The notes beneath the pieces are model-generated. The model was not told where the DNA came from. It saw only the letters and a program-made list of their open reading frames with translations, and did no database searches. Source: Dermatophilaceae bacterium (GTDB taxonomy: Bacteria; Actinomycetota; Actinomycetes; Actinomycetales; Dermatophilaceae). From it: DNA of 51,684 nt. How positions within the stretch are numbered: position 1 is the stretch's first letter; every line of letters begins with the position of its first letter. The stretch spans positions 1 through 51,684 of the forward strand of contig JBOFLR010000706.1 of NCBI GenBank assembly GCA_051657965.1, read 5' to 3'. Position numbers and translations under genes: made by a program. Shown piece after piece: positions 8,151-17,558 of this stretch.

Positions 8151-9412
8151 CCGTGCGGCAGCTGGCGCCGGTCGAGGGCGACCCCGACGGCATCCGGCTG
8201 CTGGCTCGCACGCTGGAGTGGGGCGGGCAGCGCCTCGGCGCCACCGCCGCCGTACTGGCGCGCCTGCGCGACGGCGCCGTCTGGGACTCGCCGGCCGGCA
8301 CGGCCTTCGGCGCACAGCTGCAGCAGTATCCGCGGCTGCTCGACCGGGTCGCTACGCGGCAGGTGGAGGCCGTGGCGGCACTGCGGGAGCTCGCCCGGGT
8401 CCTCGAGAACGTGCAGCGCGTGGTGAGTCCGCTCGTCATCCAGCATCGTGAGGCGCGGGAGCGGTACGCCGCGCTGGAGGAGCGGATCGTCGTCGCCCTG
8501 TCGCAGGGCGGGACCGAGTCCACGCCGCCGGTGGCCGGCCTACGTCTCGAGCAGCAGGACTGCATGCGGGCGTGGTCCGGCGCCGAGGCGCGTCATGCGT
8601 CGGAGCTGGACTGGCTGGCGCTGGCCCACCGACGGTGCGCAGCGGTGCTGCGCCGGCTGGCCGACGACGAGATCTCCGACTCGGTGCTCTACCGCGGCAT
8701 CGTCGGCGTGGGCTCGGTGGGCGAGAACCTCGCCGCCGTCCCGGGGTGGGCACGCCGCACACCGGTGCTCACCGCGCTGGCCACGGCCGGCGACCTCATG
8801 GTGGTCACCTCCGACGGCCTCCTCCTCGTCGGGTACGGCGAGGGCAGCTGGCTCGAGCTCGGCACGACCGCCGGCATCGCCGGCACGGGCCTGGTCGGCG
8901 AGGTCTTCAAGAAGGGAGCGACCCACGGCGCCGAGCTGACGAAGGACGGCGTCACGGTCACCCGGCGCCTGTCGACCCAGGAGCGGGTGGCCTTCGGCGC
9001 CGTCGCGGCGGCCCGCGGCCGGGTCGACGACCTGCGCGCCAGGTTCACGCTCCGACCGCCCGAGGTCACCGCGCGAGCCTTCTCGGCGGGGCCGCCGCCG
9101 CTCAAGCCGTCCGGGCCGTGGCTCGCCCGGCAGGTCGCGGTCGCTCGCACCCTGCCGGCCCGAGCCCGGGCCAGGGTGCGTGCCGAGGTCGACGAGCGCT
9201 TCCTGAACGATTGGCGGCTCGCCACCGCCAACGGTCCGCAGGCTCGGCGCCTGTATGCGAGCGGCGTCACGCTCGACCTCACCGCCCGCGCCGTGCCGGT
9301 CGCGGAACGAGTGGTGTCCCAGGTCGCTCCCGGCGCGGATGCCGACCCTCGCCCCCAACGCCCGGTGCCGCAGCCCGCGCCTCGACCGGCACCGACCCCA
9401 CCGGCCGGATGA
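8147..9412 (+). CDS. Hypothetical protein with a WXG100-like / putative T7SS-signal N-terminal domain and an uncharacterised C-terminal region
   Basis: Lies within ORF 8018..9412; the start is GTG 8147 (or 8144), overlapping the upstream stop. The N-terminus GDPDGIRLLARTLEWGGQRLGATAAVLARLRDGAVWDSPAGTAFGAQL fits the pattern of actinobacterial WXG100-like N-terminal domains. It also has a Gly-rich hydrophobic middle and a Pro-rich tail. Confidence 0.6.
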   Translation: MTVRQLAPVEGDPDGIRLLARTLEWGGQRLGATAAVLARLRDGAVWDSPAGTAFGAQLQQYPRLLDRVATRQVEAVAALRELARVLENVQRVVSPLVIQHREARERYAALEERIVVALSQGGTESTPPVAGLRLEQQDCMRAWSGAEARHASELDWLALAHRRCAAVLRRLADDEISDSVLYRGIVGVGSVGENLAAVPGWARRTPVLTALATAGDLMVVTSDGLLLVGYGEGSWLELGTTAGIAGTGLVGEVFKKGATHGAELTKDGVTVTRRLSTQERVAFGAVAAARGRVDDLRARFTLRPPEVTARAFSAGPPPLKPSGPWLARQVAVARTLPARARARVRAEVDERFLNDWRLATANGPQARRLYASGVTLDLTARAVPVAERVVSQVAPGADADPRPQRPVPQPAPRPAPTPPAG

Positions 9413-9528
9413 CGGGCGCGGCGTCCGCTGCCGCGGTCGAGCCGATCACTCACGGGGTCGGGCCGTGGTGCGATGCGCCGTCCCGGGTGGTCAGGGCGCC
9501 CGGATAGCGCCGACCTATCCTCGGGAGC

Positions 9529-12500
9529 GTGGGTGCGCAGCCAGGAGATCCGGTCGATCCGGTGTCGCTGAGGTACCCCGCGCACCTCCCGGTCGTCGCC
9601 GCGCGCGCCGAGATCTTGGCGGCCGTCCGCAACCACCAGGTCGTCGTCGTGGCCGGCGAGACCGGATCGGGAAAGACCACCCAGCTTCCCAAGATGCTCC
9701 TCGAGCTCGGTGTCGGCACCCGCGGCCAGATCGGCCATACCCAGCCGCGACGCATCGCCGCCCGGTCGGTCGCCGAACGCATCGCCGAGGAGCTCGAGGT
9801 CGACCTCGGCGAGCTGGTCGGATACCAGGTGCGCTTCACCGACCGCAGCAGCGACACCACCCGGGTCAAGGTGATGACCGACGGCATCCTGCTGAACGAG
9901 CTGCAGCGCGACCGCGACCTGCGCCGCTACGACGCGATCGTCATCGACGAGGCCCACGAGCGATCGCTGAACATCGACTTCATCCTCGGCTACCTCAAGC
10001 AGCTGCTGCCGCGCCGCCCGGACCTCAAGGTCGTCGTCACCTCCGCCACCATCGACCCGGAGCGGTTCGCCCGGCACTTCGCCACCGACGAGCGTGGCGA
10101 GGCCGTCCGCGACGTACCGGTGATCGAGGTGTCGGGCCGCACCTTCCCGGTCGAGATCCGCTATCGGCCGCTGGTCCAGCTCGACGACGACGGCCGGCAC
10201 GTCGTCGCCGAACGCGACCAGGTGACGGGTGTGGTCGAGGCCGTGGAGGAGCTCTGGACCGAGACCCCGCCCAGCCCGGACGCTACCGACATCCTCGTGT
10301 TCTTCTCCGGTGAGCGCGAGATCCGCGACGCCGCCGATGCCCTGGTCCGCCTCGACCTCCCGGGGACGGAGGTACTGCCGCTGTTCGCGCGGCTGTCCGC
10401 GGCCGAGCAGCACCGGGTCTTCCACCGGGGGAGCAGGCGGCGGATCGTGCTGGCGACCAACGTCGCCGAGACCTCGCTCACCGTGCCCGGCATCGGCTAC
10501 GTCGTCGACACCGGTACGGCCCGCATCTCCCGGTACAGCCAGCGCACCAAGGTACAGCGTCTGCCCATCGAGCCGGTGAGCCGGGCGAGCGCCGCCCAGC
10601 GCGCGGGCCGGTGCGGTCGGGTGGCCCCCGGGGTGTGCATCCGCCTCTACGCCCAGGCCGACCACGACTCTCGGCCGGAGTTCACCGAACCGGAGATCCA
10701 GCGCACGTCGCTTGCGTCCGTCATCCTCCAGATGACCTCGCTCGGACTGGGTGACGTCGCCCGGTTCCCGTTCGTCGACGCCCCGGACGCGCGGCAGGTC
10801 GCCGACGGCGTCCGGCTCCTCGAGGAGCTCGGTGCGTTCGCCACCGGCGAGCGGATGACGGGTCGCCACCGCGGCCGGGGTCGCCGGCTCACTCCGGTGG
10901 GCCGGACCCTGGCCCGGTTGCCGCTCGACCCGCGGCTCGCTCGGATGGTGGTCGAGGCCGGCCGGCTCGGCTGCACCCGCGAGGTGCTCGTCCTCGTCGC
11001 CGCGCTGTCGATCCAGGACCCGCGCGAGCGGCCGGTCGACAAGGAGGCCCAGGCCGACCAGGCGCACGCCCGGTTCAAGCAGGACCGTTCCGACTTCGCG
11101 GGGCTGCTCCACCTGTGGCGGTATGTGAGGCAGCAGCAGAAAGCGTTGTCGCACAGCGCCTTCCGGCGGATGTGCAAGAGCGAGTACCTCCACTACCTGC
11201 GTATCCGCGAATGGCAGGACCTCCACCAGCAGCTGCGCCAGGCGTGCCGGAGCGTGCGGGTCGACCCCGACCTCGCGACCACGTCCCGGGACGCCGAACC
11301 CGACTGGGACACGGTGCACCGCGCCCTCCTCGCGGGCCTGCTCTCGCACGTCGGCGTGCGCGACGAGCTGAGACGCGAGTACGCCGGCGCCCGGGGAGCC
11401 CGGTTCGCGATTTCGCCGGGCTCGACGCTGTTCCGCACGCGACCCGAGTACGTGATGGCAGCCGAGCTCGTCGAGACCAGCCGGCTCTGGGCGCGAACCG
11501 CGGCGACGATCGAGCCGGAGTGGGCCGAGCAGGCCGGCGCGCACGTCGTGACCCGCGCGCTGAGCGAGCCGCGGTGGAGCCGGAGAGCCGGCGCGGCGGT
11601 CGCCACCGAGCGGGTCACGCTCTACGGTGTGCCGCTCGTCACCGACCGCACCGTGCAGTACGCGGGCACCGACCCGGAGGCCGCACGCGAGATCTTCATC
11701 CGGTCCGCGCTCGTCGAGGGCGACTGGGAGCCGCGACACGAGTTCTGGAGGCGAAACCAGGCGATGCTGCGCGAGGTCGCCGAGCTCGAGGAGCGCGCTC
11801 GGCGGCGCGACCTCGTCGTCGACGACGAGGTGCTGTTCGCGTTCTACGACCGTCGGGTGCCGCCCGACGTCGTGAGCGAGCGGCACTTCGACCGCTGGTG
11901 GCGCGGCGAGCGGCGCCGCCGCCCCGACCTGCTCACGCTCGCCCCGGCCGACCTCACCTCGCCCGCGGGCGGCGAGGTGTCGGCAGTCGACTACCCGAGG
12001 GTGTGGCGGCAGGGCGACCTCGAGCTCGAGATCAGCTACACCTTCGCGCCCGGCACCGATGACGACGGCGTCACCGTCCATGTGCCGGTGGCCGTGCTGA
12101 ACCGGCTGCGACCCGACGGGTTCGACTGGCAGGTTCCCGGACTGCGCGACGACCTGGCGGTGGCCCTCATCCGGTCGCTGCCGAAGGAGACCCGCCGTCA
12201 CTTCGTGCCGGCACCCGACACGGCACTCGCCGCGCTGGCCGACGCCGACCCGGCGCGAGGCCCGCTCGTCGAGGAGCTGGCCCGCGCGCTGACCCGTCGC
12301 GGTGCGGTCCGGGTCGCGGCGGCCGACTTCGACCTCGGCAAGGTTCCACCGCACCTGCGGATGACGTTCAGCGTGGAGCGCGCTCGGCGGGAGGTCGTCG
12401 CCTCCGGCAAGGACCTCGACGTCGTGCGCGAGGCGGCGAGCAGCGCGGTCGACGAGGGCGTCTCCCAGGCCGGCAGCTCGATCGAGCGAGCGGGCATCAC

Positions 12501-13386
12501 GACGTGGTCCTTCGGCACCGTCCCCGAGACGTTCGAGGGCCGGGCCGGTGGGCTGGTGGTGCACGGGTACCCGGCGCTCGTCGACGAGGGCGTGTCGGTC
12601 GCGCTGCGCGTGCTGCCCGACCCCGGCTCCGCGGATGCCGCCCACCGCGCCGGGGTCCGCCGGCTGCTCCTCCTGAACATCACCGCGCCGTGGACCCGCG
12701 TGCTCGGGCGGTTGTCCACCGCACAGAAGCTCGCGCTCACCGACAACCCGCACGGCTCGGTCCCGGCGCTGCTTCAGGACTGTCTCGACGCAGCCGTCGA
12801 CGACGTCGTCGCCGAGCTCGGCGTCGGCCCGGTACGTTCCGAGGACGCGTGGAACGCCGCGCTGACCGCGGTCCGTACGCACGTCACCACGCGGGTGGTC
12901 GCCGTCGTCCAGGCCGTCGAGCCGGTACTCGCGGAGGCTGCCGCCGTGCGTCGCACGCTGGAATCACTCGAGCGCGGTCCGTCCGCCGCGGTGACTGCTA
13001 CCCCCCGAGCCGACGTTGTTGCGCAGCTGGCCGGTCTGGTGCGCCCCGGCTTCGTCGCGGCCACCGGGCGGGCACGACTGCCGGACGTGCTGCGCTATCT
13101 CCGAGCCGCTCGGCACCGTCTCGAACGGGCCGCCGCCAACCGTCGCGAACCGGTGCTACAGGAGAGCATCGACCGGGTCGAGACCGCGTACGCCGATCTT
13201 CTCGACGCGCTCCCGACCGCGCGCCGCGAGGCAGCGGAGATCGCGGACATCGGGTGGCTGGTCGAGGAGCTGCGGGTCAGCCTGTTCGCGCAATCCGTGG
13301 GAGCCGCGCGGCCGGTGTCGGAGAAGCGGGTCCGGGCCGCCATCGCGGCGGTCAGGACCTCGCCGGTGCGGGGCCGGGCCGGCTGA
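9529..13386 (+). CDS. hrpA: ATP-dependent RNA helicase HrpA (DEAH-box)
   Basis: 1285 aa with GETGSGKTTQLP (Walker A), DEAHERS, TSAT, TNVAETSLT and QRAGRCGR motifs, plus the long HrpA-specific C-terminal domain. Confidence 0.95.
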   Translation: MGAQPGDPVDPVSLRYPAHLPVVAARAEILAAVRNHQVVVVAGETGSGKTTQLPKMLLELGVGTRGQIGHTQPRRIAARSVAERIAEELEVDLGELVGYQVRFTDRSSDTTRVKVMTDGILLNELQRDRDLRRYDAIVIDEAHERSLNIDFILGYLKQLLPRRPDLKVVVTSATIDPERFARHFATDERGEAVRDVPVIEVSGRTFPVEIRYRPLVQLDDDGRHVVAERDQVTGVVEAVEELWTETPPSPDATDILVFFSGEREIRDAADALVRLDLPGTEVLPLFARLSAAEQHRVFHRGSRRRIVLATNVAETSLTVPGIGYVVDTGTARISRYSQRTKVQRLPIEPVSRASAAQRAGRCGRVAPGVCIRLYAQADHDSRPEFTEPEIQRTSLASVILQMTSLGLGDVARFPFVDAPDARQVADGVRLLEELGAFATGERMTGRHRGRGRRLTPVGRTLARLPLDPRLARMVVEAGRLGCTREVLVLVAALSIQDPRERPVDKEAQADQAHARFKQDRSDFAGLLHLWRYVRQQQKALSHSAFRRMCKSEYLHYLRIREWQDLHQQLRQACRSVRVDPDLATTSRDAEPDWDTVHRALLAGLLSHVGVRDELRREYAGARGARFAISPGSTLFRTRPEYVMAAELVETSRLWARTAATIEPEWAEQAGAHVVTRALSEPRWSRRAGAAVATERVTLYGVPLVTDRTVQYAGTDPEAAREIFIRSALVEGDWEPRHEFWRRNQAMLREVAELEERARRRDLVVDDEVLFAFYDRRVPPDVVSERHFDRWWRGERRRRPDLLTLAPADLTSPAGGEVSAVDYPRVWRQGDLELEISYTFAPGTDDDGVTVHVPVAVLNRLRPDGFDWQVPGLRDDLAVALIRSLPKETRRHFVPAPDTALAALADADPARGPLVEELARALTRRGAVRVAAADFDLGKVPPHLRMTFSVERARREVVASGKDLDVVREAASSAVDEGVSQAGSSIERAGITTWSFGTVPETFEGRAGGLVVHGYPALVDEGVSVALRVLPDPGSADAAHRAGVRRLLLLNITAPWTRVLGRLSTAQKLALTDNPHGSVPALLQDCLDAAVDDVVAELGVGPVRSEDAWNAALTAVRTHVTTRVVAVVQAVEPVLAEAAAVRRTLESLERGPSAAVTATPRADVVAQLAGLVRPGFVAATGRARLPDVLRYLRAARHRLERAAANRREPVLQESIDRVETAYADLLDALPTARREAAEIADIGWLVEELRVSLFAQSVGAARPVSEKRVRAAIAAVRTSPVRGRAG

Positions 13387-13454
13387 CCGGGAATCCATGG
13401 CCGCGCTCCGGACGTTCACCTGCCGTCCCCGTCATCCGTGAAAGGTCAGTCGTC

Positions 13455-14369
13455 GTGCTCAACCCCTCCGACCTGTACCGCGTCGAGACCGACGCCGGCC
13501 TCGGCGCACCGCGCCCAGGGGTCCTGGTGGTCGCGCTCGGCGGCTTCGTCGACGCCGGTCAGGTGCAGTCCCTGCTGTCGGCCCATCTGCTCGAGACCGG
13601 TGAGCCCGAGGTCGTGGCGTCCTTCGACGTCGACCAGCTGCTCGACTACCGCGGTCGCCGCCCGGCGATGGTCTTCGACGAGAACCGGTGGGTCGAGTAC
13701 GACGACCCGGCGATGCTGCTGCAGCGGCTCACCGACCGCGACGGTCGCACGTGGTACCTGCTGACCGGTCCCGAGCCCGACTACCAGTGGGAGCGTCTGG
13801 TGGAGGCGGTGCGCGAGCTCGTCGTCCGCCTCGGCGTCACCGTGGTCGTCACGACGCACGGCATCCCCATGGCCGTGCCGCACACCCGGCCGGTCGGGAT
13901 GACGGCGCACGCCACCGACCCCGGCCTGGTGTCGGACACCCGCTCACCCTTCGGGAGGGTGCAGGTGCCGGCATCGTTCGGCGCCCTGCTCGAGCTCCGG
14001 CTGGGTGAGAGCGGGCACCAGGCGCTGGGCTTCGCAGTGCACGTGCCCCACTACCTCGCGAGCTCGGAGTGGGCCGACGGGGCCCTCGCTGCGTTGAACG
14101 CCGTCACCGACGCCACCGGGCTGAACCTGCCCAACGACGACCTCGTGCTGCGCGCTCGCTCCGGCCAGCAGGCCATCGCCGCGGAGGTGGCACAGAGCGA
14201 CGAGGCGGCATCCGTCATCCGTGCGCTGGAGCAGCAGTACGACTCGTTCGTCGAGGGTCAGCAACGGCCCAGCCTGCTCGCCACCGAGACCAGCGAGCTG
14301 CCGTCGGCCGAGGAGCTCGGTGCCGAGCTCGAGGCGTTCCTCCGCTCGGCCCGCGACGATCAGCCCTGA
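13455..14369 (+). CDS. PAC2 (proteasome assembly chaperone 2-like) family protein
   Basis: Lies within ORF 12504..14369; the part upstream of 13455 overlaps hrpA out of frame. GTG 13455 is preceded by GAAAGG. The roughly 304-aa sequence (PGVLVVALGGFVDAGQV...GPEPDYQWE...HGIPMAVPHTRP) matches the actinobacterial PAC2 family. Confidence 0.75.
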   Translation: MLNPSDLYRVETDAGLGAPRPGVLVVALGGFVDAGQVQSLLSAHLLETGEPEVVASFDVDQLLDYRGRRPAMVFDENRWVEYDDPAMLLQRLTDRDGRTWYLLTGPEPDYQWERLVEAVRELVVRLGVTVVVTTHGIPMAVPHTRPVGMTAHATDPGLVSDTRSPFGRVQVPASFGALLELRLGESGHQALGFAVHVPHYLASSEWADGALAALNAVTDATGLNLPNDDLVLRARSGQQAIAAEVAQSDEAASVIRALEQQYDSFVEGQQRPSLLATETSELPSAEELGAELEAFLRSARDDQP

Positions 14370-14466
14370 GTCCTCGCTGCACCCTGCCGGCCTCGACGAT
14401 CCTCGTACTCCAGGGCCGTTCGCGGCCGGGACGAGCAGGGACCGCACCAGCGCCGCGGTACCGGCA

Positions 14467-16161
14467 TCAGGTCGTGGCGTCCGACCAGCGGTGCACCACT
14501 GCCAGGTCGGCGACGAAGTGCACCGGCGCCCCGACCGACCAGCGTCGCGCGGCATCCGTCAGCGCTGTCGTGACCCGCTCGACCGTCTGACCGGCGACCT
14601 CCTCGGGGACGTGGACCAGCAACTCGTCGTGGAGGCACAGGACGATGGTGGCGTCGAGGTCACGGGTGGTCGCACGCACGGTGGCCGCCCACGCCTTGAA
14701 CAGCTCGGCTGCCGAGCCTTGGATGACGGCGTTGCGGGCGAAGCGTCCCCGTGCGGCGTCGAGGTCCGGGTCGGTTCCCGGTGGTCGGGCTGCGAGGAAC
14801 CGGCCCGTCGGCACCAGCCGCCCGCCCCAGGTGCGTAGCGGCTCGCCGCGCCGTCCCGACTCGTAGGCGTCGTCGAGCAGCGCCATCGCCCGGGGGTAGG
14901 CCTGTTCCAGCCCACGCAGCGCCTCGCCTGCGGCCCCGCTGCGCTGTCCGTACATCGCGGCGAGCACCGCGACCTTGGCCACCGCCCGCTCCACTCCGAG
15001 CCGCCTCGCCACCGGCGCGTAGAGGTCGTCGTCGGCCGTCGCCGCCGCGAGCGCTGGGTCACCGGACACCACTGCGAGCACCCGCGGCTCGACCTGCCCG
15101 AGGTCGGCCCGCAGGAGCACATACCCGCGGTGGGCGGCGACGGCGGAGCGCAGTGTCGCCGGCAGGTTGTGCAGTCCGTTCTCGGCCGTCATCCGGCCTG
15201 CCGCGCCGTCGCTCGCGGTCCACCGGCCGCGGAGTCGGTCGTCGGTACCCACGTGCGCATCGAGCCAGCGGTAGCCGTAGGTCGTGGCGATCCGTTCGTC
15301 GCGCCGCCAGGTGAGCAACGCGTCGACGACCGGGTGCACGGAGCGGTACGGCTCCAGCACCCATTTCCGGGTCGTCGGCACCTCGATGCCGGCCGCGGCC
15401 AGCAGCTGGCGGACCTGCGCGGGGTTGCGCAGGTCGGTCGAGTCGCGGCCGGGAACGTGCTGCAGGACTCGCCGGTCGCGCTCGCGGCGGGTGTGCTCCT
15501 CGTCCCGCGGCGTGGTGGCGCGAGGCCCGGCCGCCTCGGCGATCAGCGTCTCCACGCGTGACCGGTCGAGGGGGAGTCCGTCGCGCTCGAGCTCGAGGCA
15601 GAGCACCGCGGTGGCCGACTCCGCGAGCACGGTCGCCAGGAGATGCGAGACGGCGCCGGCCGCGGTGCACTGCAGCTCGGCCACCTCGAGCGCGGCCCGC
15701 GCCCACGTCTCCAGACGCTCAGGCTTCTCGAGCCAGCGGAGGTGGTCGGCACGGAGGTGACCGTCGTCGTCGACGAGACCTTCCTGAGGCGCGGCGGAGT
15801 CGCCGACGAGGTCGAACAGGTCGTCGGCCGGGGGAGCGGGCACGGAGTCGGTGGAGAGGTCGTGGGCAGCGGCCCAGCATCGCGCGGGGGAGGCGTCCCA
15901 CCCACCGTGCAGCAGGCGGTGCGCCTCGGCCACGTCCCAGGCCCGGGCGATGGGGACCCGGGCGTCGACCAACGGACGTGCGGTGGTGTCCGCCGACCAC
16001 CAGACCCACCGCGGCGAACGGGCCGCCTCCAGCCTGGCCGCCGCATCACGGACGGTGCCGACGTCCCCGACGGTCGTCGTGGTGCCGTGCACGAGCGCGG
16101 CGGACACCTTCCCGCCGACCGGCGGGCCGAGTGCCAGCGCGGCGACCTCGTCGGGGAACAC
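14467..16161 (-). CDS. Family-A DNA polymerase paralog (annotated elsewhere as bifunctional 3'-5' exonuclease/DNA polymerase); the exonuclease motifs look degenerate
   Basis: 564 aa. Pol motifs are recognisable: motif A-like LLRADLGQVEPRVLA, motif B-like RAVAKVAVLAAMYG, and motif C-like LCLHDELLVHV. The N-terminal region lacks a clear DxE ExoI motif (WWSADTTARP). Confidence 0.8.
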   Translation of the reverse strand: MFPDEVAALALGPPVGGKVSAALVHGTTTTVGDVGTVRDAAARLEAARSPRWVWWSADTTARPLVDARVPIARAWDVAEAHRLLHGGWDASPARCWAAAHDLSTDSVPAPPADDLFDLVGDSAAPQEGLVDDDGHLRADHLRWLEKPERLETWARAALEVAELQCTAAGAVSHLLATVLAESATAVLCLELERDGLPLDRSRVETLIAEAAGPRATTPRDEEHTRRERDRRVLQHVPGRDSTDLRNPAQVRQLLAAAGIEVPTTRKWVLEPYRSVHPVVDALLTWRRDERIATTYGYRWLDAHVGTDDRLRGRWTASDGAAGRMTAENGLHNLPATLRSAVAAHRGYVLLRADLGQVEPRVLAVVSGDPALAAATADDDLYAPVARRLGVERAVAKVAVLAAMYGQRSGAAGEALRGLEQAYPRAMALLDDAYESGRRGEPLRTWGGRLVPTGRFLAARPPGTDPDLDAARGRFARNAVIQGSAAELFKAWAATVRATTRDLDATIVLCLHDELLVHVPEEVAGQTVERVTTALTDAARRWSVGAPVHFVADLAVVHRWSDATT

Positions 16162-16256
16162 CGTGCCGATGCTAGGCGCCAGGACCGACGCGACGACGTG
16201 CGAGGATGTCGCCGGACCCGGTGCCGCGACCGGGCCGGCGACGTGAGGAGGACCAG

Positions 16257-16967
16257 GTGGCAGGCGGTGGCGAGATGCGGGGAGCGCTCGAGAAGGCGCG
16301 AGAGCCGACGAGTGAGGCCGGCTTCGTCGACGACGTAGCAGCCAGGCTCGCCGACCAGCTCCTCGACCTGGGCATCGACGGCAAGGGCACGTTCGCCTCG
16401 GCCGCGACGATCGCCGACAACGCGCTGGCAGCTGCCGGCGGAGACGCCGAGCAGGCGGTCGCGGCGGTCATCCGGCGGCACACGGCGATGGCCGGGGCCA
16501 GCGGCTTCGCGACCGGGGTCGGTGGCTTCTTCACCCTGCCGGTGGCCCTGCCGGCCAACGTCCTCGGCTTCTACCTCCTCGCCACCCGGATGACGGCCGC
16601 GGTCGCCCGGCTCCGTGGACACGACATCGCCGATCCGCACATTCGCACCGCCGTGCTGCTCACGCTCATCGGCGCCGACGCCGACGACCTCCTGCGCAAG
16701 GCCGGCGCGGTGGTCCCGGCCGGGCGGATGACGAACCTCGCCGCCCAGCGGCTCCCCGGACCGGCGCTGATGGTCGTCAACAAGGGCATCGCGTTCCGGG
16801 TGATCGCGACCGCGAGCCGAACCGGCCTGACCAAGCTGGGCCGGTTCGTCCCGGTCGTCGGGGGAGCAGTCGGGGGTGGTCTGGACGCCTGGATGGTGCG
16901 CCGTATCGCCGATCACGCCCGCCGCGAGTTCCCCGTCTCCTCGGTGGGGCGGCTCGGCCCGGCCTGA
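16257..16967 (+). CDS. EcsC family protein
   Basis: Lies within ORF 16206..16967. GTG 16257 follows GAGGAGG; ATG 16275 is an alternative start. ASGFATGVGGFFTLPVALPANVLGFYLLATRMTAAVARLRG is typical of EcsC. Confidence 0.7.
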   Translation: MAGGGEMRGALEKAREPTSEAGFVDDVAARLADQLLDLGIDGKGTFASAATIADNALAAAGGDAEQAVAAVIRRHTAMAGASGFATGVGGFFTLPVALPANVLGFYLLATRMTAAVARLRGHDIADPHIRTAVLLTLIGADADDLLRKAGAVVPAGRMTNLAAQRLPGPALMVVNKGIAFRVIATASRTGLTKLGRFVPVVGGAVGGGLDAWMVRRIADHARREFPVSSVGRLGPA

Positions 16968-17049
16968 CGGGCCGGGAACACCGCACGCGCGGTGATCGTC
17001 GTCGAAGGAGCGGCACCGGTCGCTCGCCACGCGTCAGGAGGTTCATGTC

Positions 17050-17418
17050 GTGTCCCGCTCGAATCGACTCGCCTCGGCGAGTGCCGTGTTCCGTGCCGTC
17101 CGTCTCGCCACCCGGCCTGGTGGTCCTTCGATCGGCGAACGCGTCGGCGCCCTGCCGCGCCTGGTCCGGGCCACGATGCGCCGGGAGTACACCGGCACCT
17201 CTGCCGGCCGGCTGGTCATGGCGCTGGTGGCGCTCGGCTACCTGGTGTCGCCGGTCGATCTCGTGCCCGAGGTGCTGCTCGGTCCGCTCGGCCTGGCCGA
17301 CGACGCCCTGGTCGTGGGGTGGCTGGCCACGCTGTTCGTCGACGAGACCGAGTCGTACCTGTCGTGGGAGCGTTCCCGGCCGGTCGACGACACCGTCCAG
17401 GGCCGCGTGGTCGACTGA
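17050..17418 (+). CDS. DUF1232 (YkvA-like) membrane protein
   Basis: 122 aa. LGYLVSPVDLVPEVLLGPLGLADDALVVGW is the DUF1232 signature. A CAGGAGG SD lies upstream of GTG 17050. Confidence 0.75.
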   Translation: MSRSNRLASASAVFRAVRLATRPGGPSIGERVGALPRLVRATMRREYTGTSAGRLVMALVALGYLVSPVDLVPEVLLGPLGLADDALVVGWLATLFVDETESYLSWERSRPVDDTVQGRVVD

Positions 17419-17558
17419 CGCGACCCGCGTCGACGCGCCGCACGCCGACCTGGCGCTCGTCGTCCACAGGGCCGCGTCCGCAGACCGGAGGTCCACAGAT
17501 CCGGCCACCCCGCCCGCCGGGTGCGGTCGAGGAGACGGCTACCGCCCATCCTCGGGGG

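Noticed and set aside
8689-12882. A 1397-aa ORF on the minus strand, the longest ORF in the track.
   Set aside because: It lies exactly antisense to hrpA, whose helicase motifs are unambiguous. Its translation is Arg/Gly/Pro/Asp-rich with no recognisable domain. This is the usual stop-free antisense frame of a very GC-rich gene.
12504-13454. A long N-terminal extension of the PAC2 ORF (621 aa in the track).
   Set aside because: The extension overlaps the 3' end of hrpA out of frame and is Arg-rich junk. GTG 13455, with an SD, gives a PAC2 protein of normal length.
16992-17558. An N-terminal extension of the DUF4192 ORF (551 aa in the track).
   Set aside because: It overlaps the whole DUF1232 gene in another frame. 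The family-typical N-terminus begins at ATG 17559.
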